Shown here piece after piece: positions 7,863 to 20,062 of a DNA stretch of 24,000 nucleotides (within the stretch, counting starts at the first letter, position 1; the number at the start of each line of letters is the position of its first letter). The translations under genes were made by a program, and so were the position numbers. The notes beneath the pieces were generated by a model. That model searched no databases. It saw only the letters and a program-made list of their open reading frames with translations, and had not been told where the DNA came from. The DNA is from Pseudactinotalea sp. HY158 (GTDB lineage Bacteria; Actinomycetota; Actinomycetes; Actinomycetales; Beutenbergiaceae). The stretch is from contig NZ_CP045920.1 of the NCBI RefSeq assembly GCF_009660225.1, positions 2,406,079-2,430,078 on the forward strand, written 5' to 3'.

Positions 7863-8975
7863 TCAGCGCACTCGCCGGCCCCGCAGGAAGACGGCGCTCG
7901 GGCGGGCGAGCACACCGATGTCGGTCCGCGGATCCTCCGGGTAGACGACGACGTCCGCCGGCGCCCCCTCGGCGATCCCGGGCGCCCCGAGATACGTGCG
8001 CGCGGCCCACGTCGCGGCGGCGAGGACATCGGCGGCGGGCACCCCCGCGGCCACGAGCTCGGCGGCCTCGTCGGCGATCCGGCCGTGCCGGATCAGGCCC
8101 CCGGCGTCGGTGCCCACGAGGATCTGCACGCCGGCGGCGTGCATCGCGGCCACCTGCTCGTGGCGGCGGGCGTGCAGGCGTCGCATCCGTGCGGCATAGC
8201 GGGGATACCTCACACCGGCCTGGTCGGCGATCGCGGCGAAGTTGGCGATCTGCACGAGCGTGGGGGTGACGGCGACACCCGCCTCCGCGGCCCGGTCGAG
8301 CTGGGCGGGTGTCATGCCGGTGCCGTGCTCGATGCAGTCGACGCCGGCGTCGAGCAGATCCTCGACCGTCTCGGTGGCGAAGGTGTGCACCATGACCCGG
8401 GCGCCGTGGCCGTGGGCCGCCGCCACTCCCTCCCGCAGTTGCCTCGCCGTCCACAGGGGCCGCAGGTCGGCGGCGGCGCCGTCGCTCCGGTCGATCCAGT
8501 CCCCCACGATCTTGACCCAGCCGTCGCCGGCGCGGGCCTGGGCGGCCATCGCGGCCGGCAGGTCGTCCGGGTCGTCGAGCTCGTGGGCGTAATCGCGCAC
8601 GTACCGCTTCGGACGCGCGAGGTGCCGGCCGGCGCGGATGAGGCGGGGCATGCCCGTCTCGCGCCGGATCCACGCCGTGTCGGCCGGTGACCCGGCATCG
8701 CGCACGAGCAGCACCCCGGCGCGCACGTCCGCGTCCGCCTGGGCGCGGGTCGCGGCCTCATCGATCGCGCCGAGTGGGCCGAGGCCGAGGTGGCAGTGCA
8801 CATCGACGAGTCCGGGGGTGATCCAGCCCAACAGCGACTCGGGCGACTCGGGCGCCTCACCCGACTCCCCCGACTCCCAGCCGGCAGCGGACGCGAAGGT
8901 GAGCCGGTCGCCGTCGATACGAACCCGCTCGCGCTCCACCCCACCCGTGAGGACGACGCCGCTCAGCGTGGTCAC
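7863..8975 (-). CDS. Amidohydrolase family protein
   Basis: 370 aa. GLVDVHCHLG metal-binding motif, WVKIVGDWIDR, VMVHTFATETVEDLLDAGVDCIEHGTGM, LVGTDAGG and the C-terminal EGAPADVVVYPEDP. Confidence 0.88.
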   Translation of the reverse strand: MTTLSGVVLTGGVERERVRIDGDRLTFASAAGWESGESGEAPESPESLLGWITPGLVDVHCHLGLGPLGAIDEAATRAQADADVRAGVLLVRDAGSPADTAWIRRETGMPRLIRAGRHLARPKRYVRDYAHELDDPDDLPAAMAAQARAGDGWVKIVGDWIDRSDGAAADLRPLWTARQLREGVAAAHGHGARVMVHTFATETVEDLLDAGVDCIEHGTGMTPAQLDRAAEAGVAVTPTLVQIANFAAIADQAGVRYPRYAARMRRLHARRHEQVAAMHAAGVQILVGTDAGGLIRHGRIADEAAELVAAGVPAADVLAAATWAARTYLGAPGIAEGAPADVVVYPEDPRTDIGVLARPSAVFLRGRRVR

Positions 8976-8981
8976 GGGCGG

Positions 8982-10577
8982 CTAGTTCTTGAGGAAGTCG
9001 CCGAGGTCGCTCGGGAGCTTGCCCGGGTCGAAGTCCGCGGGCTCGGGCGCCTGCCCGAACGCCGACCCGGCGCTCGCCTGGGATTGCGAGGCGGCCTCGC
9101 GTTCCTGCTGGGCGCGCTTGGCGGGATTGCCGGACTTGCCCTTCTTGCGCTTGGGCGCCGGCGCCATCCGGCCGCGGGACTTCTTGCCGCTGCCGGGCAG
9201 GGACCCCATGCCGCCCGCACCGGGCATCCCGCCCATGCCGGGCATGCCCCCCATGCCGGGCATCCCACGGCCCCCGCTCTTGGCCATCGAACGCATCATG
9301 GTCTTGGCCTGGTCGAACCGCTGGAGCAGCTGGTTGATCTCGGTCACGGTGGTGCCGGATCCGCGGGCGATGCGGCTGCGGCGGGAGCCGTTGAGGATCT
9401 TCGGATTGTCGCGCTCACCGGGGGTCATCGAGTTGATGATCGCCTCGATCCGGTCGACCTCGCGCTCGTCGAAGTTCTCGAGCTGGTCGCGCATCTGCCC
9501 CATGCCGGGCAGCATCCCGAGCATCTTCTTCATCGATCCGAGCTTGCGCAGCTGCTGCATCTGGGCCATGAAGTCGGCGAGGGTGAAGTCGCCGTCGCCC
9601 GAGATCTTGTGGGCGATCTCGGCGGCCTGCTGCTCGTCGAAGGCCTTCTCGGCCTGCTCGATCAGGGTGAGGATGTCGCCCATGTCGAGGATGCGCGAGG
9701 CCATCCGGTCCGGGTGGAAGCGCTCGAAGTCGGAGAGCTTCTCACCGGTCGAGGCGAACAGCACGGGGCGGCCGGTGACCGTCCGGATCGACAGGGCCGC
9801 CCCGCCGCGGGCGTCGCCGTCGAGCTTGGAGAGCACGACCCCGGTGAAGCCGACGCCGTCACGGAAGGCCTCGGCCGTCGTCACGGCGTCCTGGCCGATC
9901 ATCGCATCGACCACGAAGAGGGTCTCGTCGGGGTTCACGGCGTCGCGGATGTTCGCGGCCTGCCGCATGAGTTCCTCGTCGACGCCGAGGCGTCCGGCGG
10001 TGTCGACGATCACGACGTCGTGGAGCTTGGCGCGGGCGTGCTCGACGCCGGCGCGGGCCACGAGCACCGGGTCGCCGACGCCGTTGCCGGGCTCGGGCGC
10101 CCACACGGCCACGCCGGCCTGCTCGCCCACGACCTGCAGCTGGGTCACGGCGTTGGGTCGCTGGAGGTCGGCCGCGACGAGGAGCGGGGTGTGCCCCTGC
10201 TCGCGCAGCCAGACGCCGAGCTTCCCGGCCAGCGTCGTCTTCCCGGCGCCCTGGAGGCCGGCGAGCATGATGACCGTCGGCGGGCGCTTCGCGAGGGTCA
10301 GCTCCCGGGACTCGCCGCCGAGGATCTCGATGAGTTCGTCGTTGACGATCTTGACGATCTGCTGACCGGGCTGGAGCGCCTTGGACAGGTCGGCGTCCTT
10401 GGCCTTCTCCCGCACCGCGCTGGTGAAGGCGCGCACGGCGGGCACGGCCACGTCGGCGTCGAGCAGGGCCCGGCGCACCTCGCTGATCGTCGTGTCGATG
10501 TCGGCGTCGGTGAGCCGGCCCTTGCCGCGCAGGGACTTGAGGCTGGCGGTGAGCCGGTCGGAAAGGCTGGCGAACAC
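8982..10577 (-). CDS. ffh: Signal recognition particle GTPase Ffh
   Basis: 531 aa. MFASLSDRLTASLKSLRGKGRLTDADID, GLQGAGKTTLAGKL, VAADLQRPNAVTQL, DTAGRLGVDEELM, and a Met/Gly-rich M domain (GMPGMGGMPGMGGMPG). Confidence 0.98.
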   Translation of the reverse strand: MFASLSDRLTASLKSLRGKGRLTDADIDTTISEVRRALLDADVAVPAVRAFTSAVREKAKDADLSKALQPGQQIVKIVNDELIEILGGESRELTLAKRPPTVIMLAGLQGAGKTTLAGKLGVWLREQGHTPLLVAADLQRPNAVTQLQVVGEQAGVAVWAPEPGNGVGDPVLVARAGVEHARAKLHDVVIVDTAGRLGVDEELMRQAANIRDAVNPDETLFVVDAMIGQDAVTTAEAFRDGVGFTGVVLSKLDGDARGGAALSIRTVTGRPVLFASTGEKLSDFERFHPDRMASRILDMGDILTLIEQAEKAFDEQQAAEIAHKISGDGDFTLADFMAQMQQLRKLGSMKKMLGMLPGMGQMRDQLENFDEREVDRIEAIINSMTPGERDNPKILNGSRRSRIARGSGTTVTEINQLLQRFDQAKTMMRSMAKSGGRGMPGMGGMPGMGGMPGAGGMGSLPGSGKKSRGRMAPAPKRKKGKSGNPAKRAQQEREAASQSQASAGSAFGQAPEPADFDPGKLPSDLGDFLKN

Positions 10578-10632
10578 GGATGCGGTCCTTCGAGGCGTCG
10601 GGTATCGGGTCGTGCTGCTACAGGATAGGTGC

Positions 10633-11865
10633 TCAGCTCAGGAGGGCGTCCACGAAGTCCGCGGCGCTGAAGGGCGCGAGGTCGTCCGGGCCCTCCCCCA
10701 GGCCGACGAACTTCACGGGCACGCCGAGTTCGCGCTGGACGGCGATGACGATCCCGCCCTTGGCGGTGCCGTCGAGCTTGGTGAGCACGATCCCGGTCAC
10801 GCCGACGGCCTCGGCGAAGACCTGGGCCTGGCGCAGGCCGTTCTGGCCGGTCGTGGCGTCGAGCACGAGCAGCACCTCGCTCACGGGTGCCGCGCGCCCG
10901 ACCACGCGGGCGACCTTGCCGAGTTCGTCCATGAGGCCGGCCTTGTTCTGCAGCCGGCCGGCCGTGTCGACGATCACCACGTCGGCGCCGTCGGCGCGAC
11001 CGGTGGCGACCGCGTCGAAGGCGACGGCGGCCGGGTCGGCGCCGTCCCGGTCGGAGCGGACGACGGGCACCCCGACCCGCTCGCCCCACGTCTGCAGTTG
11101 GTCGGCGGCGGCGGCCCGGAAGGTGTCGGCGGCGCCGAGGACGACGTCACGCTCCTCGGCCACGAGCAGGCGCGCGAGCTTTCCGGCGGTGGTGGTCTTG
11201 CCGGTGCCGTTGACGCCGACCATGAGGATGGTCGCCGGGTGCGGCTCGCCGTCGTCGCCGAGGCGGGTCGCGGTCTCGAGGCTCCGGTCCATGGCCGGGT
11301 TCACGAGATCGAGCAGGAGGGTGCGCAGTTCCCCGCGCACGGAGTCCGGGTCGAGGGCGCCGGCCACGCGCGAGCGGGTGCGCAGCGCGCTCATGAGCTC
11401 ATCGGTCGGGGCCGAGCCGACGTCGGCGATCAGGAGGGTCTCCTCGAGTTCCTCCCAGTCGGCCTCGGTCAGGTGGTCGCGGGAGAGCACCGCGAGCAGG
11501 GCGCTGCCGAGGGCCCCGGAGCGGGCGAGCCGGCTGCGCAGACGCTCCATCCGGGTGCCGGCGCTCTCGGGGCGCTCGAGGGTAGGCGCCGCCTGTTCGA
11601 TCGCCCCGTCGATGTCGACGGTGTCGAGCACGCCGGCGGACTCGTCGCCCTCCGGCGGCGCGAGGGTGTCGACCCCGCCGGTGCCGGGCCCCTCGCCGTC
11701 CGACTCGGGTCGCTCAGCGGTGCCGGCGGGCGGTGTCTGCCGGGTCGGCGGCACCTCGGGGCCGCGCCGGCCACCGCGGCCGGGACGCAGGAACACGACC
11801 GTGCCGACCACGAGCACGACGATGGCGAGGGCGATCCACAGGAGCCAGGAGAAGGTATCCGTCAC
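10633..11865 (-). CDS. ftsY: SRP receptor FtsY
   Basis: 410 aa. N-terminal TM (SWLLWIALAIVVLVVGTVVFL), MVGVNGTGKTTTAGKLARLL, GAADTFRAAAADQL, DTAGRLQNKAGLMDELGK, LDATTGQNGLRQA and KFVGLGEGPDDLAPF. Confidence 0.97.
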   Translation of the reverse strand: MTDTFSWLLWIALAIVVLVVGTVVFLRPGRGGRRGPEVPPTRQTPPAGTAERPESDGEGPGTGGVDTLAPPEGDESAGVLDTVDIDGAIEQAAPTLERPESAGTRMERLRSRLARSGALGSALLAVLSRDHLTEADWEELEETLLIADVGSAPTDELMSALRTRSRVAGALDPDSVRGELRTLLLDLVNPAMDRSLETATRLGDDGEPHPATILMVGVNGTGKTTTAGKLARLLVAEERDVVLGAADTFRAAAADQLQTWGERVGVPVVRSDRDGADPAAVAFDAVATGRADGADVVIVDTAGRLQNKAGLMDELGKVARVVGRAAPVSEVLLVLDATTGQNGLRQAQVFAEAVGVTGIVLTKLDGTAKGGIVIAVQRELGVPVKFVGLGEGPDDLAPFSAADFVDALLS

Positions 11866-11989
11866 ATCCCCTAGTCTGCCTCAACGACCGCGCGCCACCG
11901 AGCGGGGACCGATCCCCACACCCCGGGTGGTCGTCCTCCCCACTCACGAAGCAGGGCCCGTTCCCCGCACGAAGCAGGGGCCGTCGCGG

Positions 11990-12244
11990 TCAGGCGCGTG
12001 GGTGCGGCTCCGCCTCGCCCAGGGTCCACAGATCGCCGACCCGCAGATCACCCGTGCGGGCGGCGGGCTCGGCGATCGCGGCGGCCTCGGCCCGCACGGA
12101 GGTGAAGGCGGATCGGTCCCGCAGTGCGCCCCGATAGCGCGACCAGGCGTGCTTCCAGTCCCCACCGCGCGTCCCCAGGATCACGACGATCACGATCAAG
12201 GCGCACACGATGGCCGAGACGGTGGCGAGGACGGCTGCGGTCAT
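11990..12244 (-). CDS. Small single-TM hypothetical protein
   Basis: 84 aa MTAAVLATVSAIVCALIVIVVILGTRGGDWKHAWSRYRGALRDRSAFTSVRAEAAAIAEPAARTGDLRVGDLWTLGEAEPHPRA. It has an N-terminal TM and is collinear between smc and ftsY. Confidence 0.6.
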   Translation of the reverse strand: MTAAVLATVSAIVCALIVIVVILGTRGGDWKHAWSRYRGALRDRSAFTSVRAEAAAIAEPAARTGDLRVGDLWTLGEAEPHPRA

Positions 12245-12353
12245 GTTCCGATTCTCACCCGCCCCGCCGCCGCGCCGGACACGGACACCCGGCCCGTCAC
12301 CGAATCTTCACGTGACCTCGCCCACCCTCACCCATCCGCACTCAGGGGCGGGC

Positions 12354-15300
12354 TCAGGCGGGTTCCCCCTGACCGAGCCGCTGGGAGATGAGGGTCGTGA
12401 CGCCGTCCCCACGCATCGTCACGCCGTAGAGCGCATCGGCAACCTCCATCGTGCGCTTCTGGTGGGTGATGACGATGAGCTGGGAGTCCTCGCGCAGCTC
12501 GCGGAAGATGTCGATGAGGCGCCCGAGGTTCGTGTCGTCGAGCGCGGCCTCGACCTCGTCCATGACGTAGAACGGGCTCGGCCGGGCCTTGAAGATCGCC
12601 ACGAGGATCGCGACCGCCGTGAGCGAGCGTTCCCCGCCGGACAGCAGCGAGAGCCGCTTGACCTTCTTGCCGGGCGGGCGCGCCTCCACCTCGATACCGG
12701 TGGTGAGCAGGTCGCCGGGGTCCGTGAGCAGGAGTCGGCCCTCGCCGCCGGGGAAGAGCCGGGCGAACACCCGCTCGAACTGCACCGCGGTGTCGGCGAA
12801 CGCGTCGGCGAAGACCTGCTCGACCCGCTCGTCGATCTCGGCCACGATCTGCAGCAGGTCCGCGCGCGAGGACTTGATGTCGGCGAGCTGACGGCTGAGG
12901 AAGTTGTGCCGTTCCTCGAGCGCCGCGTGCTCCTCGAGCGCGAGTGGGTTGACCTTGCCGAGGAGCGCGAGGGCGCGCTCGGCCTTCCGGAGCCGCTTCT
13001 CCTGCTCCGCGCGGACGAACGGCACGGGCGCGGCCTCCGCGTCGTCCTCCGCGCCCGCTGTGCCCGACGGGCCCGAGGTGGCCGGGATCAGCAGGTGCGG
13101 GCCGTAGGACTCGACGAGTTCCTCGGGGTCGAGCCCGAGCTCGTCGGCGGCCCGGGTGGCGAGCGCCTCGATCGTCGCGCGCTGGCCGGCCCGCGCCACC
13201 TCATCCTTATGGACGACGTCCGTCAGCTCCGCGTGTTCCCTCGCCAGGGCGTCGACCTGGGTGCGGACGGCGCCGAGTTCCGTCTCCCGGGCGGTCCGGG
13301 CCGCCTCGGCCTCGTCGCGGGCGCGCTGGGCCGCGGCGAGGGAGGTGTCGATCGCCGCGAGTGCGCGTTCGGCCCCCGCCTCGACGAGGTCCGCGCTCAC
13401 CCGTTGGGCCGCCCGGCCCGGGCGCGCTCGGCGGCGGCCTGGCGGTGCGGCGCTCGGTGGCCGCGACCGCTCGAGGGCGGCGGCGCGCCCGGATCGCGCG
13501 GAGCCGTTCCTCGAGGGTGCGCATGACGAGCCGGCATCGGTCTCGGCGCCGCGCGCGGTCGTGGCGGCGACGGCGGCCTCGTCGCGGGCCTCCGCCGCGG
13601 CCGTGGCCGGGTCGACACCGGCGGCGGGCCCGGCACCGGCGGCGGGCTCGTCGCGGGCCTCCCCCTCGGCGGCGGCGAGGGTGGCCGTGAGTTCGGCGAG
13701 CTCGGCGGCGATGGTCGACCGGCTCGCGTTCGCGTCCTCGATCGCCCCCGCGGTGCGCTCGGCCTCGGCGTGGCCGGCGCGCATGGTCGATCCCAGCTGC
13801 GCGAGGCGTTCGGCCACGGCGGCGAGCGCGGCGTCGGAGTCGTGCAGGGCGGCCAGGGCGGCATCGGCGTCGGACTGGGCGAGCTGCAGCGCCTCGCGCG
13901 CGGGCTCGAGGGCGGTCTCGATCCCGGCCAGTTCCCGCTCGGCGGCCGTGACCGCGGACGCGGCCTCGTCGCGGGCGGCGTGGAGTTCGAGCACGCTCGG
14001 GGAGTCGCCGGCGCCGCCGCTGGCGCGCGTCGCCGTGACGACGTCGCCGCCGCGGGTGACGGCGACGACGCCGGGGTCGCCGGCCCGGGCCACGTCGGCG
14101 GCTTCGGTCAGATCGTCCACGACCACGACCCCCTCGAGGAGGAGGAGAACGGCCCCGGCCACGTCGGGCTCCGGCGTGACGAGGTCGCTCGCCCACTCCC
14201 CCGCGACCGGTGCCGGCCGCCGCGCCGGCGCGCCGTCCCCGGCGATGACCAGGTGGGCGGTTCCGGACTCGTCGGCACGGACCCGCTCGAGCGCCGCGGC
14301 GGCGTCGTCGATGGTCTCGGCGACCGCGGCGTCCGCCCAGGTGCCGAGCGCCGCGGCGATCGCGTTCTCGTAGCCGGCGCGGACCTGCAGCCGGTCGGCG
14401 AATGCGCCGAGGATGCCGGGCACGTCGCCCTCGAGCAGGGTGCCGGTGGCGTCGCGGCGGGTGAGGCTCAGGTCGAGGGCGTCCCGGCGGGCCGTCCAGG
14501 TGGCGAGCTCGCCGCCGGTACCGCGGCGTCGTTCGGTCAGGCTCGTGACCGTCTCCTCCGCCGCAGTGAGCCGGGCCAGGGCGGCCTCGTGGGCGGTGTC
14601 GAGGTCCTCCTCGCCGGCCTCGGCACCGACCGCCTCCTGTTCGAGTCGGGCATAGGCGGACCCCGCCTCCTCGGCGCGGGAGCGGGCCGCGGCATGCCCG
14701 GCGCGCAGCCGCTCCACCTCGGCCTCGGTCGCCTCGAGTCGGCTGCGGGCCGCCGCGACCCGGCCCGTGAGGCGTGCGAGATGCTCACGGCGGTCGGCGG
14801 CATCCCGGTGCACCCGGGCGAGGGCCTTCTCGGCCTCGGCCGCGACCCCCTCCGCGTGCCTGCGTCGTTCGACGGCGGTCTCGAGCGCGGCAGCGGCCGC
14901 GGTGTGCTCGGCGGTCAGCTCGCCCTCGGTGCCACGGGCGCGGGCGGCCTGCGCGTCGAGGTCACGGGGATCCGGCCCGGTGACCGGTGCCCGGTCGTCC
15001 TCCTCGAGGAGGCGGCCCCGCTCGGCGGCGAGGGTGGCCGTGCCGCGCAGCCGTTCGCGCAGGCTCGAGAGCCGGAACCACATCTCGGCGGCCTCGTTGA
15101 GCGCGGGGGCGGCCGCGGCCGCCTCGCCCTCGAGGGCGGTGAGCCGGGCCCGGGCCTTGAGCTGGGAGTCCTCGACCTGCTCGCGGCGGGCCCGCAGGGC
15201 GTTCTCGTCGGCCTGCTCGGCCTCGAGGGCGGCCGTGAGCTGCACATAGTCGTCGGCGACCAGCCGCGCCTTCGCGTCCCGCAGATCCGCCTGCACCACG

Positions 15301-15947
15301 TGGGCGCGGCGGGCGATATCGGCCTGCTTGGCCAGCGGTCCGAGTTGGCGGCGGATCTCCGTCACGAGGTCGCCCACCCGGGCGAGGTTGGCGGCCATCC
15401 CGTCGAGCTTGCGCAGCGCCTTCTCCTTGCGCTTGCGGTGCTTGAGCACGCCGGCGGCCTCCTCGATGAAGCCGCGCCGGTCCTCGGGGGTGGCGCTGAG
15501 CATGGCGTCGAGGCGGCCCTGGCCGACGATCACGTGCATCTCCCGGCCGAGGCCCGAGTCGGAGAGGAGCTCGGCGATGTCGAGGAGCCGGCACGAGGTG
15601 CCGTTGATCGCGTACTCGCTGCCGCCCCCCTGGAACAGCGTGCGCGAGATCGTCACCTCGGTGTAGTCGATGGGGAGGGCGCCGTCGGTGTTGTCGATCG
15701 TGAGCGAGACCTCGGCGCGGCCGAGCGGCGGCCGCGACGAGGTCCCCGCGAAGATGACGTCGGCCATGTTGCCGCCGCGCAGGGTCTTGGCCCCCTGCTC
15801 GCCCATGACCCAGGCGAGCGCGTCCACGACGTTCGACTTGCCCGACCCGTTCGGCCCCACGACGGCGGTGATGCCCGGCTCGAAGTGAAGGGTCGTCGCC
15901 GAGGCGAAGGACTTGAATCCCCGCAGCGTCAACGTCTTCAGATGCAC
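12354..15947 (-). CDS. smc: Chromosome segregation protein SMC
   Basis: 1197 aa. MHLKTLTLRGFKSFASATTLHFEPGITAVVGPNGSGKSNVVDALAWVMGEQGAKTLRG, a central hinge, C-terminal LSLLSGGERSLTAVAILVAIF and YVMDEVEAALDDTN. There is an internal reading-frame anomaly near 13.4-13.55 kb (see findings). Confidence 0.96.
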   Translation of the reverse strand: MHLKTLTLRGFKSFASATTLHFEPGITAVVGPNGSGKSNVVDALAWVMGEQGAKTLRGGNMADVIFAGTSSRPPLGRAEVSLTIDNTDGALPIDYTEVTISRTLFQGGGSEYAINGTSCRLLDIAELLSDSGLGREMHVIVGQGRLDAMLSATPEDRRGFIEEAAGVLKHRKRKEKALRKLDGMAANLARVGDLVTEIRRQLGPLAKQADIARRAHVVQADLRDAKARLVADDYVQLTAALEAEQADENALRARREQVEDSQLKARARLTALEGEAAAAAPALNEAAEMWFRLSSLRERLRGTATLAAERGRLLEEDDRAPVTGPDPRDLDAQAARARGTEGELTAEHTAAAAALETAVERRRHAEGVAAEAEKALARVHRDAADRREHLARLTGRVAAARSRLEATEAEVERLRAGHAAARSRAEEAGSAYARLEQEAVGAEAGEEDLDTAHEAALARLTAAEETVTSLTERRRGTGGELATWTARRDALDLSLTRRDATGTLLEGDVPGILGAFADRLQVRAGYENAIAAALGTWADAAVAETIDDAAAALERVRADESGTAHLVIAGDGAPARRPAPVAGEWASDLVTPEPDVAGAVLLLLEGVVVVDDLTEAADVARAGDPGVVAVTRGGDVVTATRASGGAGDSPSVLELHAARDEAASAVTAAERELAGIETALEPAREALQLAQSDADAALAALHDSDAALAAVAERLAQLGSTMRAGHAEAERTAGAIEDANASRSTIAAELAELTATLAAAEGEARDEPAAGAGPAAGVDPATAAAEARDEAAVAATTARGAETDAGSSCAPSRNGSARSGRAAALERSRPPSAAPPGRRRARPGRAAQRVSADLVEAGAERALAAIDTSLAAAQRARDEAEAARTARETELGAVRTQVDALAREHAELTDVVHKDEVARAGQRATIEALATRAADELGLDPEELVESYGPHLLIPATSGPSGTAGAEDDAEAAPVPFVRAEQEKRLRKAERALALLGKVNPLALEEHAALEERHNFLSRQLADIKSSRADLLQIVAEIDERVEQVFADAFADTAVQFERVFARLFPGGEGRLLLTDPGDLLTTGIEVEARPPGKKVKRLSLLSGGERSLTAVAILVAIFKARPSPFYVMDEVEAALDDTNLGRLIDIFRELREDSQLIVITHQKRTMEVADALYGVTMRGDGVTTLISQRLGQGEPA

Positions 15948-15989
15948 GGGCTCAGCCTACTGGGCGCCGGGGCGACGTTCGTGGACCCG

Positions 15990-16006
15990 GCCGACTCCCC
16001 GTCGGC
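15990..16006 (-). terminator. Short hairpin downstream of ndk
   Basis: gccgac-tcccc-gtcggc: 6-bp stem, 5-nt loop, between ndk and smc. Confidence 0.3.
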
Positions 16007-16033
16007 TACAGGTCGGTTACAGCTCGGCTACAG
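16001..16033. repeat. Three 11-bp tandem repeats across the ndk stop codon
   Basis: gtcggctacag / gtcggttacag / ctcggctacag, consecutive units. Confidence 0.85.
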
Positions 16034-16450
16034 GGCCGGGAACCAGAGCGCGATCTCGGCCTCGGCGCTCTCGGGCGAGTCCGAGCCGTGCACGAGGTTC
16101 TGCTGCACGGCCAGGCCCCAGTCGCGCCCGAGGTCGCCCCGGATCGTGCCGGGCGCGGCGCCCGTGGGGTCCGTGGACCCGGCGAGGGAGCGGAACCCCT
16201 CGATCACCCGGTCGCCGCTCACGACGGCGGCCACGATCGGCCCGGAGAGCATGAACTCCACGAGCGGCTCGTAGAACGGCTTGCCCTCGTGCTCGGCGTA
16301 GTGCTGGGCCAGGAGCTCCCGGGAGGCGGCACGCACCTCGAGGGCGGTGAGCACGTAGCCCTTGGCCTCGACCCGGCGCAGGATCTCCCCGGTGAGGGAC
16401 CGGGCGACGCCGTCGGGCTTGATGAGGACGAGGGTGCGCTCTGTAGTCAT
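16028..16450 (-). CDS. ndk: Nucleoside diphosphate kinase
   Basis: [77 protein letters not shown]..., ending [23 protein letters not shown]. Confidence 0.97.
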   Translation of the reverse strand: MTTERTLVLIKPDGVARSLTGEILRRVEAKGYVLTALEVRAASRELLAQHYAEHEGKPFYEPLVEFMLSGPIVAAVVSGDRVIEGFRSLAGSTDPTGAAPGTIRGDLGRDWGLAVQQNLVHGSDSPESAEAEIALWFPAL

Positions 16451-16516
16451 GTCCCTCACCCTATCGCCGGTCACCACGCCCGCGATCCCGCCCCGAGCGG
16501 GGACCGTTCCCCAGAC

Positions 16517-16560
16517 GCGAACGGGCCCCGGCCGCATTGCGACCGGGGCCCGCTGTTCGC
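16517..16560 (-). terminator. GC-rich hairpin downstream of the glycosidase gene
   Basis: gcgaac-gggccccgg-(11 nt)-ccggggccc-gct-gttcgc: 9-bp inner and 6-bp outer stems with a 3-nt bulge, 10 bp after the glycosidase stop. Confidence 0.6.
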
Positions 16561-16569
16561 CGAGACGGC

Positions 16570-19609
<3,040 letters not shown>

Positions 19610-19620
19610 CACCGCCCGGA

Positions 19621-20043
19621 CTAGTCGTCCCCCGGGCGCCGCCGCAGTCGCTTGGTCTCGGACCGGAGCTGCTTCGCCGCACGCCGGCGCCGGACCGATC
19701 CGCGGGTGGGCCGGGTGGCGCGCCGGGGCGCGGACGGCGGACGCAGCGCCGCGCGCAGCAGCTCGGCGAGCCGGGCGATCGCGACCTCGCGGTTGCGCAG
19801 CTGGGAGCTGCGCTCGGAGGCGGTCACGGTCAGGGTCGTGCCCACGAGCCGGCCGGCGAGGCCGCCCTCGAGCCGGCGCCGTTGGGTCGGGCTGAGCACG
19901 GCCGAGGTCGCGATGTCCCACGACAGCTCGACCCGGCTGTCCGCGGTGTTCACGTGCTGGCCGCCGGGCCCGGAGGAGCGGGAGAACCGCCACCGCAGCT
20001 CCGCCGCCGGGATCGTCAGCGCCGGCGAGACCTGGACATCCAT
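19621..20043 (-). CDS. arfB: Alternative ribosome-rescue peptidyl-tRNA hydrolase (ArfB/YaeJ, class I RF-like)
   Basis: 140 aa starting MDVQVSPALTIPAAELRWRFSRSSGPGGQHVNTADSRVELSWDI, with the GGQ motif. The tail is basic (RRATRPTRGSVRRRRAAKQLRSETKRLRRRPGDD). Confidence 0.9.
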   Translation of the reverse strand: MDVQVSPALTIPAAELRWRFSRSSGPGGQHVNTADSRVELSWDIATSAVLSPTQRRRLEGGLAGRLVGTTLTVTASERSSQLRNREVAIARLAELLRAALRPPSAPRRATRPTRGSVRRRRAAKQLRSETKRLRRRPGDD

Positions 20044-20062
20044 GCGTCCAGCCTCGCACACG

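Noticed and set aside
9150-9300. Repeats of ggcatgcccccatgccgggcatccc in ffh
   Set aside because: Encode the Met/Gly-rich C-terminal M-domain extension common in actinobacterial Ffh; not an independent repeat element.
10580-12391. Plus-strand 603-aa ORF, with 10381..11874 (497 aa) in another frame
   Set aside because: Both are antisense to ftsY, which is unambiguous.
13770-16274. Plus-strand 834-aa ORF
   Set aside because: Antisense to smc and ndk; no domain motif.
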